From Thermoleophilaceae bacterium (lineage in GTDB: Bacteria; Actinomycetota; Thermoleophilia; Solirubrobacterales; Thermoleophilaceae): a DNA stretch of 64,000 nt. Shown here in pieces: positions 42,817 through 51,733 of the stretch (positions within the stretch are counted from its first letter, which is position 1; each line of letters starts with the position of its first letter). The stretch is taken from contig DASXAA010000219.1 of the NCBI GenBank assembly GCA_036407035.1, forward strand, positions 5,459 through 69,458, given 5' to 3'. The position numbers and the translations under genes are program-made. The notes beneath the pieces are model-generated. The model searched no databases and had not been told where the DNA came from. It saw only the letters and a list, made by a program, of their open reading frames with translations.

Positions 42817-44141
42817 TGGCGGTAGAGCCGGCCGAACTCGGAACGCAGACAGCCCATCCGACCGTTTTCGTCGACACCTTCACCGACGGTCTGCTCGACC
42901 CCGTGCGCCCGATGCTCGGTCCGGTCGAGGACGGCGGCCACATCGTCTTCAACACCTCGCCCGGCTGCTGGGGGCCGATGATCACACCGGCGCTGCGCGG
43001 CGGCCACGAGGTCGCGACGCCGGTGGCGGTCGCCGGCGCGGAGGTCGGCGACGCGATCGCGATCCGCATCAAGGACATCCTCGTAACCTCGATCGCGACC
43101 GCGTCGGGCAACGACCAGTGGATGGAGGGCCGCTTCCTCGGCGATCCGTACATCGCCGGCCGCTGCGCCGAGTGCGGGACGATGTACCCGGAGACGCGCA
43201 TCGAGGGCATCGGCCAGACGGCGGTCCGCTGCGCGAACTGCGGCGCCGACGCCACGCCGTTCACGTTCACGAACGGCTACACGATCGCCTTCGACGAGCA
43301 GAAGCGGGTGGGCGTGACCGTCGGCCGCGAGGGCGCCGAGCGGATGGCCGCCGACGCCAAGCGCTTCGCCGCGCTGCCGGAGAACTCGGTCCAGAACCCG
43401 ATCCTCACGTTCGCGCCGAGCGACCTCGTCGGCGTGGCGAGCCGCCTGCGCCCGTTCATGGGGCAGATCGGCACCACGCCCTCGATGCCGATCCCCGACT
43501 CGCACAACGCCGGCGACTTCGGCTCGTTCCTGATCGGGGCGCCGCACGAGTTCGCGCTTACGGCGGAGGAGCTCGACAAGCACCGCACCGACGGCCACCT
43601 GGACATCGACGCCGTCCGCGCCGGCGCGATCCTCATCTGCCCGGTCAAGACCCCGGGCGGCGGCGTGTACATGGGCGACATGCACGCGATGCAGGGCGAC
43701 GGCGAGATCGCGGGCCACACCACCGACGTGTCCGGCACCGCGACGCTCGAGGTCGAGGTGATGAAGGGCCTCGACATCGACGGCCCGATCCTGTTCCCGG
43801 TCGAGGAGGACCTGCCGTTCCTGGCGCGGCCGCTCAGCGAGGGCGAGCGCGCGCAGGCGCTCGCGCTGGCGCGGCGCCACGGGGTGGAGGAGCTCGAGGA
43901 GTCCGCACCGATCTCGGTGATCGGGACGGGGCCCGACCTGAACAGCGCCACCGACAACGGCCTCGAGCGCGCGGCGCGCCTGCTCGACATGACCGTGCCG
44001 GAGGTGAAGAACCGGGCCACGATCACGGGCGCGATCGAGATCGGCCGCCACCCGGGCGTGGTGCAGGTGACGTTCAGGGCGCCGGTCGATCGGCTCGAGC
44101 GGCGCGGCCTGCTGGAGTACGCACGGGAGATGTACGGCTGA
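42816..44141 (+). CDS. acetamidase/formamidase (FmdA_AmdA) family protein with inserted Cys4 zinc-ribbon
   Basis: AGGAGG RBS and a TGATG junction with the MoaD-like gene, 441 aa. ...GGHIVFNTSPGCWGPMITP...GDAIAIRIKDI...DAVRAGAILICPVKTPGGGVYMGDMHAMQGDGEIAGHTTDVSG.... The insert is CAECG...CANCG. Confidence 0.8.
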   Translation: MAVEPAELGTQTAHPTVFVDTFTDGLLDPVRPMLGPVEDGGHIVFNTSPGCWGPMITPALRGGHEVATPVAVAGAEVGDAIAIRIKDILVTSIATASGNDQWMEGRFLGDPYIAGRCAECGTMYPETRIEGIGQTAVRCANCGADATPFTFTNGYTIAFDEQKRVGVTVGREGAERMAADAKRFAALPENSVQNPILTFAPSDLVGVASRLRPFMGQIGTTPSMPIPDSHNAGDFGSFLIGAPHEFALTAEELDKHRTDGHLDIDAVRAGAILICPVKTPGGGVYMGDMHAMQGDGEIAGHTTDVSGTATLEVEVMKGLDIDGPILFPVEEDLPFLARPLSEGERAQALALARRHGVEELEESAPISVIGTGPDLNSATDNGLERAARLLDMTVPEVKNRATITGAIEIGRHPGVVQVTFRAPVDRLERRGLLEYAREMYG

Positions 44142-44866
44142 GGGCCACGCTCTTCGCGGTCCCCGGCTCGCATCCCTCGCTGGCCGCCCAGCTGATGCTG
44201 GAGCGGAAGGGGGTGGAGGTGCGCCGGATCGACCTCGTCGCCGCCGTGCACCGGCTCGTGGTGCGCGCGGCGGGCTTCCCGGGGATCACCGTGCCGGCCG
44301 TGCGCCTGGAGGGCGTGCGCCTGCAGGGCACCGGGAGGATCGCCCGCGCGCTCGACGCGCTCGTGCCGGAGCCGCGCCTGGTGCCCGCCGACGCGGCCGC
44401 GCGCGCCGAGGTCGAGCGGGCCGAGGGCTGGGCGGACGAGGTGTACCAGGCCGCCGCGCGCCGGCTCGCCTGGGCGACGATCAAGCGGGACCGCTCGTCG
44501 GTCGGCAGCTTCCTCGAGGGCGCGCGGCTCGGCATCCCGACCGGCCTCGCCGCCCGCACCGCCGCGCCGGTGATCTTCCTGTCGGCGCGGCTCAACCGGG
44601 CGAACGACGCCGCGGTGCGCCGCGACCTGGCGGCGCTGCCCGGCTGGCTCGATCGGATCGACGGCTGGCTCGCCGAGGGCGTGCTGGGCGGCCGCGAGCC
44701 CAACGTGGCCGACTACCAGGTGGCCACGTCCACGCGGCTGCTGATGGCGATGGACGACGTGAGGCCGTCGATCGAGGACCGCCCGGCCGGCCGCCACGCC
44801 CTGCGGCTCGTGCCCACCTTCCCGGGCCGGGTGCCGCCGGTCCTGCCTCAGAGCTGGCTTCGCTGA
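44138..44866 (+). CDS. thioredoxin-fold / GST N-terminal-like protein (CTG start inferred)
   Basis: CTG 44138 overlaps the amidase TGA (CTGA). It opens (M)RATLFAVPGSHPSLAAQLMLERKGVEVRRIDL..., that is, the first beta-strand of a glutaredoxin/GST-like fold. High GC3. The next canonical in-frame start (ATG 44195) would remove it. Confidence 0.6.
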   Translation: MRATLFAVPGSHPSLAAQLMLERKGVEVRRIDLVAAVHRLVVRAAGFPGITVPAVRLEGVRLQGTGRIARALDALVPEPRLVPADAAARAEVERAEGWADEVYQAAARRLAWATIKRDRSSVGSFLEGARLGIPTGLAARTAAPVIFLSARLNRANDAAVRRDLAALPGWLDRIDGWLAEGVLGGREPNVADYQVATSTRLLMAMDDVRPSIEDRPAGRHALRLVPTFPGRVPPVLPQSWLR

Positions 44867-44918
44867 CGCTTCGCGCCCGTTCCGTCAGGTCCCGTGCGTA
44901 CGGTGCGACTGGACCATC

Positions 44919-46238
44919 ATGGAAGCCGCCACCCCACTCAGGAAGCCCCACGTCCGCACGGTCGGGGATCGCCTCGCGATCGACGGGCTCGTCGTCGAGG
45001 ACGACTGCGCCGTCCGCCTCGTGCGCGAGCGCGAGCAGAACGGCGAGGACCCGGTCCGGTCGGTCACGGACGCGCTCGAGATCGGGGCCCGGGTGCTCGA
45101 CCGCGAGCAGGCCGCTGCCAACGCCGAGTACGTGAAGACGGAGTTCGAGCGCACCTCGCGCCAGCTCGAGCAGGAGTTCACCGAGAAGGCGCGCAAGGTG
45201 GCCGAGTTCTTCGGCGAGAAGGTCGACGCGGTCTTCGGCCCCGACGACGGCCAGCTCGCGAAGGAGCTCGACAAGCTCTTCTCCGACGGCAGCTCGAGCG
45301 CCGTGCAGCACCGCATCCGCGAGCTCGTGGCGGACTCGCTCGCCAGGTCGCGCGAGGACCTCGTGCGGCAGTTCTCCGCCGCGGACGACCGCAACCCGCT
45401 CGCCGACTTCAAGTCCGCCGCCGTGCAGTCGATCAACCAGGCCGCGGCCCGCTCCGACGCCACGCAGCGCGCCCTGCTGCAGAAGCTCGGCGAGCTCGAG
45501 CGCGAGCTGCAGGCGCTGCGCGGCGAGAAGGAGAAGCTCGAGGAGCTGGAGGCCGAGCGCGAGCGCGGCACCGCCAAGGGGCGCACCTTCGAGGAGCGGG
45601 TGGCCGAGGCGGTCGACGCCCTCGCTTTGGCCCAGGGCGACGTCGCGGAAGCGGTGGGCGACCAGCGCGAGGCCACCGGCAAGACCGGCGACGTGCTCGT
45701 GTCGATCGACGCCTGCGCCGGCCCCGCCCGCGGCCGCATCGTGATCGAGGCGAAGGACCGCCGCCTGTCGCGCCCGCGCGCGCTGGCCGAGCTCGACCAG
45801 GCGATGGGCGACCGCAGCGCCGACTTCGCCGTGATGGTCGTGCCGAGCGACGGGGAGCTGCCCGCGAACACGGAGCCCCTGCGCGAGTACAACGGCGACA
45901 AGATGCTGGTCGCGCTCGATCCCGACGCCGGGACGCTGCCGCTGGAGCTCGCCTACCGGCTCGCCCGCGCGCGCGTGTTGATGCGGCGCTCGGAGGGCGA
46001 CGGCATCGACGCCGGCGCCGTTCGCGACACCGCCGAGCGGGCGATCGCCGCGCTCACGGAGGAGCGCCGGATCAAGCAGCGGCTGACCGGCGCGAAGACG
46101 AGCATCGACCAGGCGTACGAGCTGATCGAGCTCATGGCCGCCCGGGTGAAGGCCCACCTGGAGGAGATCGACGAGCTGGTGCGGCCGGCCGGCGAGGAGC
46201 CGCAGTCCGCGGCGGACGACGATCAGCTGGAGCTGTAG
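44919..46238 (+). CDS. coiled-coil protein with C-terminal PD-(D/E)xK nuclease-like module (DUF2130-like, from memory)
   Basis: 439 aa with long heptad-like regions (QKLGELERELQALRGEKEKLEELEAERE). These are followed by TGKTGDVLVSID...GRIVIEAKDRRLSRPRALAELDQAMGDRSADFAVMVVP, which has D...ExK spacing. Confidence 0.65.
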   Translation: MEAATPLRKPHVRTVGDRLAIDGLVVEDDCAVRLVREREQNGEDPVRSVTDALEIGARVLDREQAAANAEYVKTEFERTSRQLEQEFTEKARKVAEFFGEKVDAVFGPDDGQLAKELDKLFSDGSSSAVQHRIRELVADSLARSREDLVRQFSAADDRNPLADFKSAAVQSINQAAARSDATQRALLQKLGELERELQALRGEKEKLEELEAERERGTAKGRTFEERVAEAVDALALAQGDVAEAVGDQREATGKTGDVLVSIDACAGPARGRIVIEAKDRRLSRPRALAELDQAMGDRSADFAVMVVPSDGELPANTEPLREYNGDKMLVALDPDAGTLPLELAYRLARARVLMRRSEGDGIDAGAVRDTAERAIAALTEERRIKQRLTGAKTSIDQAYELIELMAARVKAHLEEIDELVRPAGEEPQSAADDDQLEL

Positions 46239-46330
46239 GCGCCGCGCCGCGCTCGCCCGGCGCTCCTCTTCCATATCGGGCCGCCCCCCCGCCCGGCGCT
46301 TACAGCGGGCAACCAGGGGGTGTCGTTTTC

Positions 46331-46381
46331 GAGTGTGGGTGCAGTTGTCGTCGTATATGACCCCGAAGTGCGCCCACACTC
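46331..46381. terminator. 51-nt hairpin between convergent genes
   Basis: GAGTGTGGGTGC-N27-GCGCCCACACTC is a 12-bp stem (one T/G position). The loop is AT-rich (GTCGTATATGAC). It lies in the 176-bp gap between stops at 46238 (+) and 46415 (-). Confidence 0.35.
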
Positions 46382-46414
46382 GGGGTGCCGGCGCGGGCCG
46401 GGACGCGCGCCGCG

Positions 46415-46849
46415 CTACGGCAGCAGCAGCTTGTCGTTCGAGTTCGGCCGCTCGCGCCCGATCGTCAGCTCGGCCGGCGCGATCTCCCTCGGCGTCGCCA
46501 CCGCCGTGCCCGCCTTGACCTGGTAGATCCCCGGGGCCAGCGTCCTCCGCAGAGTGGCCGTGCCGAGGGGCTCCACCGGGCCGACGCGCTGGCTGCCGGT
46601 GTCGCCCTCGAGTGTGATCGTGTGCGCCTGCTTCGTCTGGTTCGAGATCGTTATCCGGACCGGCCCCGCACCCAGCTTCGACGGCGACACCGTGACCTTG
46701 TCCGTCTGGACCACGCCGGTCAGGTCGACCGTTACCGGCGGGCGCGGCTTGTTGGCGAAGTCCTCCTCGCCGCAGCCGGAGAGGATCGCTCCCCCGATGA
46801 GGAACGCGGCGGTTCCGCGAGCCAAGCGCGTCTTCGATGTCGCCCTCAT
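46415..46849 (-). CDS. lipoprotein (beta-sandwich, cupredoxin-like by pattern only)
   Basis: 144 aa with lipobox AILSGC after a basic n-region. The mature part is all-beta in pattern (VTVSPSKLGAGPVRITISNQTKQAHTITLEGD...GIYQVKAG). Confidence 0.7.
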   Translation of the reverse strand: MRATSKTRLARGTAAFLIGGAILSGCGEEDFANKPRPPVTVDLTGVVQTDKVTVSPSKLGAGPVRITISNQTKQAHTITLEGDTGSQRVGPVEPLGTATLRRTLAPGIYQVKAGTAVATPREIAPAELTIGRERPNSNDKLLLP

Positions 46850-46865
46850 CCCTCGGGCGCGAACC

Positions 46866-47819
46866 CTAACCGAACCAGACCGACCCGCGCGCAGCTACCA
46901 GCCGGTCCAGTTCCGCCTGGATCCCGGCCCGGATCCGCTCCGAGAGCGACTGCACGAGCGCGAGGTCCTCGGCGTCCTCCGGGCCGTACCCGGAGAGGTC
47001 CACCGGCTCCAGGAAGCGGATGCGGAACTTCGCCGGCAGGTACATCGCGCCGGCGGCGAGGCCGAAGTGCGGGAACGCGTGGTTGATCGGGAAGTAGATC
47101 AGCCCGGTCAGGCGCTGCAGCAGCGGGACGTGCGCGAAGATCGGCATCGCCTCCTCCGCGCCCAGCACCGCGATCGGCACGATCGGGACGCCTGCGCGGA
47201 TCGCGGTGCGCACGAACCCGCCGCGCCCGAAGCGGCGCAGCCGGTAGCGCTGCCAGTAGAGCTTGCGGCTCCCCTTCTGACCCTCGGGGAACACGAGCGC
47301 GAGCCGCTGCTCCTCGCCGAGCAGCCGGTGCGCGTTCGCCGGGTGCGCCGCCACGAGCCCGACCTTGTTGGCGAGCATCCCGATCCCGGGGTAGCCCTTG
47401 AACCAGTGCTCGCCCAGCATGTAGACCGGCCGCGGGCTCGGATGCTCGTGGCGAATCGCCTGCATGATCATCGGGCCGTCGGGCGGCAGCGCCCCGGAGT
47501 GGTTCGCCACGAGCAGCGCGCCGCCCGTGGCGGGCACGTGCTCGATGCCATCGGTGTCGACCCGGAACCAGTAGCGGTAGTAGAAGTCGAGCAGGGGCTC
47601 GAGCCGGTCGAGCACGCGCTGCGAGCGGCCCCAGTCGTCGATCTCGCGCCCCGGCTCGGGGCGCGGGATGAGGCCGCGCAGGTCGCGCAGGTCGCGCAGG
47701 TCGGGGCGGGGCGGCTGCTCGCGCGGGAGGCCCAGCTCGTCGCCGCGGGCGTCCCGGCCGCGCGCCGCCGAAGCGTCCGGGGTCAGGGTCGTGCCGGTGC
47801 GCGGGGCATCCGCGGTCAA
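46866..47819 (-). CDS. lysophospholipid / 1-acyl-sn-glycerol-3-phosphate acyltransferase family (PlsC-like)
   Basis: TTG 47819 overlaps the ygfZ-like stop (TTGA). ...GGALLVANHSGALPPDG... and ...LVFPEGQKGSRK... are acyltransferase blocks. 317 aa. Confidence 0.8.
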   Translation of the reverse strand: MTADAPRTGTTLTPDASAARGRDARGDELGLPREQPPRPDLRDLRDLRGLIPRPEPGREIDDWGRSQRVLDRLEPLLDFYYRYWFRVDTDGIEHVPATGGALLVANHSGALPPDGPMIMQAIRHEHPSPRPVYMLGEHWFKGYPGIGMLANKVGLVAAHPANAHRLLGEEQRLALVFPEGQKGSRKLYWQRYRLRRFGRGGFVRTAIRAGVPIVPIAVLGAEEAMPIFAHVPLLQRLTGLIYFPINHAFPHFGLAAGAMYLPAKFRIRFLEPVDLSGYGPEDAEDLALVQSLSERIRAGIQAELDRLVAARGSVWFG

Positions 47820-48724
47820 GGCCGGAACGGCAGCTCCACGACCTCTGCCTCCGCGCCCGCGCCCACCTCGACGGTGTCCCCGGTGGCCGCCTCGCGGCGC
47901 ACCAGCGCGAGCGCGATCGGCCCGAGCGCCGGCGAGACGCAGGCCGACCCCACGCGCCCGACGACCTTCTCTCCGAGGCGGATCTCCTCGCCGCGCTCGA
48001 CGGGCGCCGACAGGCGCAGACCGCGCAGGGTGCGGTTCGGCTTGCCCTTGTAGTGCAGCCGCGCGACGGTCTCCTGGCCGACGTAGCAGCCCTTCGTGAA
48101 GCTGACGGCACGCGCGTTGATGCCGGCCTCCTGGGGCATCGTCTCGGCGTCCATGTCGAAGCCGAGCCGCGGGCGGCCGGACTCGATGCGCACGCACTCG
48201 GCGGCGTCCGCCGACACCTCCTCGACGTCGAGCGCGGCACGCGCCGCGTCGGGGTCGTCGGTGACGACGTCGACACCGAGGTCCGTTGCCGCGTACAGCC
48301 CGTGCGCGCCCTCGACGAACGAGAGCTCCTCCAGGCCGGGCGCCGCGTCCAGGCGCTCGCGCGACCGCGGCCCGACGAGCGAGAGGATCGCGCGCTCGTC
48401 GGTCACGTCCTCGAACCGCACGTCGCGGCCGAGGCTGTAGGTCTGGATCGTGTGCGTGACGACGCGGTGGCCGATCGCCTCCGTGTCGATCCACCACCAG
48501 TCCTCGCCGCGCAGGATCCGCAGGTCGGTGCGCAGCTTGCCCTTGTGGGTGAGGATCACCGCGTAGCAGCCGCGGCCCGGCTCGAGCGCCTCCACGTCGT
48601 TGCTGACCTGGCCCTGGAGGAAGTCGGCCACGTCGGACCCGCGAACGAGCAGCTTGGCCCGGTCGGAGCGGTCGACCAACCCCGCGTCGGTGGTCAGCAG
48701 CTCGTACTGGTCGGTCGCGATCAC
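47816..48724 (-). CDS. ygfZ: folate-binding YgfZ / glycine-cleavage T-protein family protein
   Basis: GTG 48724, 302 aa. ...TDAGLVDRSDRAKLLVRGSDVADFLQGQVSNDV... with the signature FTKGCYVGQETVARLHYKGKPNR. Confidence 0.85.
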   Translation of the reverse strand: MIATDQYELLTTDAGLVDRSDRAKLLVRGSDVADFLQGQVSNDVEALEPGRGCYAVILTHKGKLRTDLRILRGEDWWWIDTEAIGHRVVTHTIQTYSLGRDVRFEDVTDERAILSLVGPRSRERLDAAPGLEELSFVEGAHGLYAATDLGVDVVTDDPDAARAALDVEEVSADAAECVRIESGRPRLGFDMDAETMPQEAGINARAVSFTKGCYVGQETVARLHYKGKPNRTLRGLRLSAPVERGEEIRLGEKVVGRVGSACVSPALGPIALALVRREAATGDTVEVGAGAEAEVVELPFRP

Positions 48725-48757
48725 GGCTTCGATTCTACGAAGGCGCTGTGTGATCCA

Positions 48758-48778
48758 AAGTTGAGCCTTGCCTAACTT
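48758..48778. promoter_or_regulatory. AT-rich imperfect palindrome, candidate DtxR/MntR-family operator
   Basis: AAGTTGAGCCTTGCCTAACTT has 7 of 10 arm positions complementary and AAGTT/AACTT ends. It lies in the 72-bp AT-richest gap of the window, 19 bp upstream of the oxidase ATG. CCAAAGTTG is directly repeated at 48755 and 48800. Confidence 0.35.
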
Positions 48779-48796
48779 CTGGTTTAATTGCTTCAA

Positions 48797-49843
48797 ATGC
48801 CAAAGTTGCCGTCCACGAAGGTCTCTCGCCGCAAGCTGCTCGGCGGCGCCGCCGCGGGCACCGCCGCGTTGCCGGTGCTCCACCAGCTGGTGCCGCACCA
48901 GGGCCTTCACGATGCGCTCGAGGGCGAGGACGCGCTCGCCCAGGCGCACGAACACGCCGTCGCCACGCACCGTGGCGCCGCCCACGTGGGCGCGGTCGGC
49001 TCCGTGGACCCGCGCGTCAACGGCTTCGACCCGGCCGAGATCCTGCGCGACTTCGACGAGGGCACCGTGCGCGGCGGTGTGCGCGAGTGGGACGTCGTGG
49101 CCGAGGAGAAGGAGATCGAGGTCGCGCCCGGCGTCGGCTACGCCGCCTGGACCTACAACGGCCGCGTGCCGGGGCCGACGCTGCGCGCGCGCGAGGGCGA
49201 GCGCCTGCGGATCAACTTCACGAACGGCACACGCCACCCGCACACCATGCACTTCCACGGCATCCATGTCGCCGCGATGGACGGCGTGCCCGGCGTGGGG
49301 ATCGGCAACGTCGCCCCCGGCCGCTCGGCGGTCTACGAGTTCGACGCGACGCCGTTCGGCGTGCACCTCTACCACTGCCACACGACGCCGCTCGCCGAGC
49401 ACATCGCCAAGGGCCTCTACGGCGCGTTCGTGATCGACCCGAAGGAGCCGCGCCCGCCGGCCGACGAGCTCGTGATGGTGATGAACGGGTTCGACACGAA
49501 CTTCGACCGCTCGAACGAGGTCTACGCCGTCAACACGGTCGCGTTCGAGTACATGAACCGCCCGGTGCGCGTCAGCCGCGGCGAGCTCGTGCGGATCTAC
49601 CTGGTCAACGTGCTCGAGTTCGACCTCGTCAACTCGTTTCACGTTCACGCGAACTTCTTCGACTACTACCCGACCGGCACGCGGCTCGAGCCGCGCGACC
49701 ACACCGACACGGTCGTGCTGGGGCAGGGCGAGCGCGGCATCCTCGAGCTGCGCTTCCCGTACGAGGGGAAGTACATGTTCCACGCGCACGTGTCCGAGTT
49801 CGCGGAGCTCGGCTGGATGGGCTTCTTCGAGGTCACAGCCTGA
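48797..49843 (+). CDS. two-domain multicopper oxidase (SLAC / nitrite-reductase-like), Tat-exported
   Basis: Twin-arginine signal MPKLPSTKVSRRKLLGGAAAGTAAL. Copper-ligand motifs are HPHTMHFHG, HLYHCHTTPLAEH, FHVH and MFHAHVSEF. About 349 aa. Confidence 0.85.
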   Translation: MPKLPSTKVSRRKLLGGAAAGTAALPVLHQLVPHQGLHDALEGEDALAQAHEHAVATHRGAAHVGAVGSVDPRVNGFDPAEILRDFDEGTVRGGVREWDVVAEEKEIEVAPGVGYAAWTYNGRVPGPTLRAREGERLRINFTNGTRHPHTMHFHGIHVAAMDGVPGVGIGNVAPGRSAVYEFDATPFGVHLYHCHTTPLAEHIAKGLYGAFVIDPKEPRPPADELVMVMNGFDTNFDRSNEVYAVNTVAFEYMNRPVRVSRGELVRIYLVNVLEFDLVNSFHVHANFFDYYPTGTRLEPRDHTDTVVLGQGERGILELRFPYEGKYMFHAHVSEFAELGWMGFFEVTA

Positions 49844-51054
49844 TGGAAGCGCGCTCCGCCGCCGCGAGGACGTCCGCCGCGCGGCCCGCGTGGATCGCCG
49901 GGCTGGTGCCGCTCGCGGCGCTGGCGGTGGCGATCGGGCTCTTCATCGCGTTCGACGCGCCCGGCATCGACCGCACCGGCGTGCCGGCCGAGGAGCTGGC
50001 GATCGAGCGCACCGTGCTGCACCCGGGCCAGATCGAGCTGCACGTCCGGAACGACGGCGCCGACCCGGTGCGCGTGCGCCAGATGATCGTCAACGACGGC
50101 TACGTGGCCTTCACGCAGTCGGACGACGACCTCGGGCGGCTCCAGGGGGCCGAGATCGACGCCGACTACCCGTGGATCGAGGGCCAGGACTACGAGGTAG
50201 TCCTGCTCACCTCCACCGGCGCGACGATCGACCACACGATCGAGGCCGCGTCCGAGACGCCCGACGCCGATCTCGGCTTCTACGGGCTGATGCTGCTGAT
50301 CGGCGTGTACGTCGGCGTGATCCCGGTGGCGATCGGGATGCTGTGGCTGCCCTGGCTGCGCGGCATCGACCCGCGCTGGGTCCGCTTCCTGCTCGCCCTG
50401 ACCGTCGGGCTGCTCGCCTTCCTGGCCGTCGAGGCGCTGCTGGAGGGGAGCGAGCTCGCCGGCGACGGTCCCGAGGCGTTCGGCGGGGCCGCGCTCGTGT
50501 GGCTCGGCGCGGCCGGCGCCTACCTCGCCCTGGCGGGCGTGGACGGCTGGCTGCGCGGCCGTCGCGAGCGCGCCGAGGCGGACGGCGGCGGGCGCGCCGG
50601 CGGGCTCGGCTACCACGCCGCCTTCCTCGTCGCACTCGGCATCGGCTTGCACAACCTCGGCGAGGGGCTCGCGATCGGCTCGGCCTACGCGATCGGCTCG
50701 CTCGCGCTCGGCGCGGCGCTGGTCGTGGGGTTCGCGCTGCACAACACGACTGAGGGGCTCGCGATCGTGGCGCCCGTCGCGGAGGGCGAGGTCAGGTGGC
50801 GGCGGCTCGCCGCGCTCGGGCTGCTCGCGGGCGCGCCCGCGATCCTCGGCGCCTGGATCGGCGCCTCCGCGTACGACCCGAGCCTCGCCGCGCTCATGTT
50901 CGGGATCGGCGCCGGTGCGATCGCCCAGGTGATCGTGCAGATCGCCCCAGGCGTGCGCGACTCGGCCGGCCGCCTGCTGCACCCGCTGGCCGCGGCGGGC
51001 GCGCTCACCGGGCTCGTGCTGATGTACCTCACGGGACTGCTGGTGGCGATCTGA
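49843..51054 (+). CDS. ZIP family metal transporter with N-terminal extracytoplasmic domain
   Basis: TGATG junction with the oxidase gene, 403 aa. One TM helix is followed by a soluble domain of about 110 aa. The ZIP core has GLHNLGEGLAIG and HNTTEGLAI motifs. Confidence 0.8.
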   Translation: MEARSAAARTSAARPAWIAGLVPLAALAVAIGLFIAFDAPGIDRTGVPAEELAIERTVLHPGQIELHVRNDGADPVRVRQMIVNDGYVAFTQSDDDLGRLQGAEIDADYPWIEGQDYEVVLLTSTGATIDHTIEAASETPDADLGFYGLMLLIGVYVGVIPVAIGMLWLPWLRGIDPRWVRFLLALTVGLLAFLAVEALLEGSELAGDGPEAFGGAALVWLGAAGAYLALAGVDGWLRGRRERAEADGGGRAGGLGYHAAFLVALGIGLHNLGEGLAIGSAYAIGSLALGAALVVGFALHNTTEGLAIVAPVAEGEVRWRRLAALGLLAGAPAILGAWIGASAYDPSLAALMFGIGAGAIAQVIVQIAPGVRDSAGRLLHPLAAAGALTGLVLMYLTGLLVAI

Positions 51055-51733
51055 TGGCGATCCGCCACGACAACACCGAGCTCTCGACCGCGGTCCAGGA
51101 CTACGCGAAGGCGATCTGGACGCTCGCGCAGCGCACCGGCGACCCGGTCTCCACCTCGGCGATCGCCGAGCGCCTGGACGTGGCGCCGGCGTCGGCCTCG
51201 GCGATGGTCAAGCGGCTCGAGTCGCTCGGGCTCGTCTCGCGCGAGCCCTACCACGGCGTGCGGCTGACGCGGGCCGGCGAGCGAGTGGCGCTCGAGGTCG
51301 TGCGCCACCACCGGCTGCTGGAGCTCTACCTGGCGGAGGCGCTCGGGATGCCGTGGGACCAGGTGCACGCCGAGGCCGAGGTGCTGGAGCACGCGATCTC
51401 GCCGGAGCTGTCCGAGCTGATCGCGAAGAAGCTCGGCGACCCGACGCGCGACCCCCACGGCGACCCGATCCCGACCCGCGACGGCCGCATCGACGAGTCG
51501 CCCACGCGGGCGCTCGCCGACCTTCCGGACGGCGAGCGTGGCCGATTCGTGCGCGTCTCCGACGCCGACCCCGAGATGCTGCGCTACCTGGCCGGCCGCG
51601 GGATCTCGCCGGGCGACGGCTTCGAGGTGGTCTCGCGCGAGCCGTTCGACGGCCCGCTCACGGTGCGGTTCGGCCGCAAGGAGCACGTGCTGGGCGGCGC
51701 GCTCACGCGCGCGATGAGGACGGCGCCGGAGTG

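Noticed and set aside
47676-47702. Tandem 9-nt repeat GCGCAGGTC x3.
   Set aside because: It lies in frame inside the PlsC-like gene and encodes DLRDLRDLR in a low-complexity N-terminal region. It is a simple coding microsatellite, not a regulatory or CRISPR-like repeat.
48788-48796. TTG 48788 as the start of the multicopper oxidase, as in the track.
   Set aside because: ATG 48797 gives the standard short basic n-region before the twin-arginine motif (MPKLPSTKVSRRKLL). The three extra codons (LLQ) add nothing, and either choice leaves the call unchanged.
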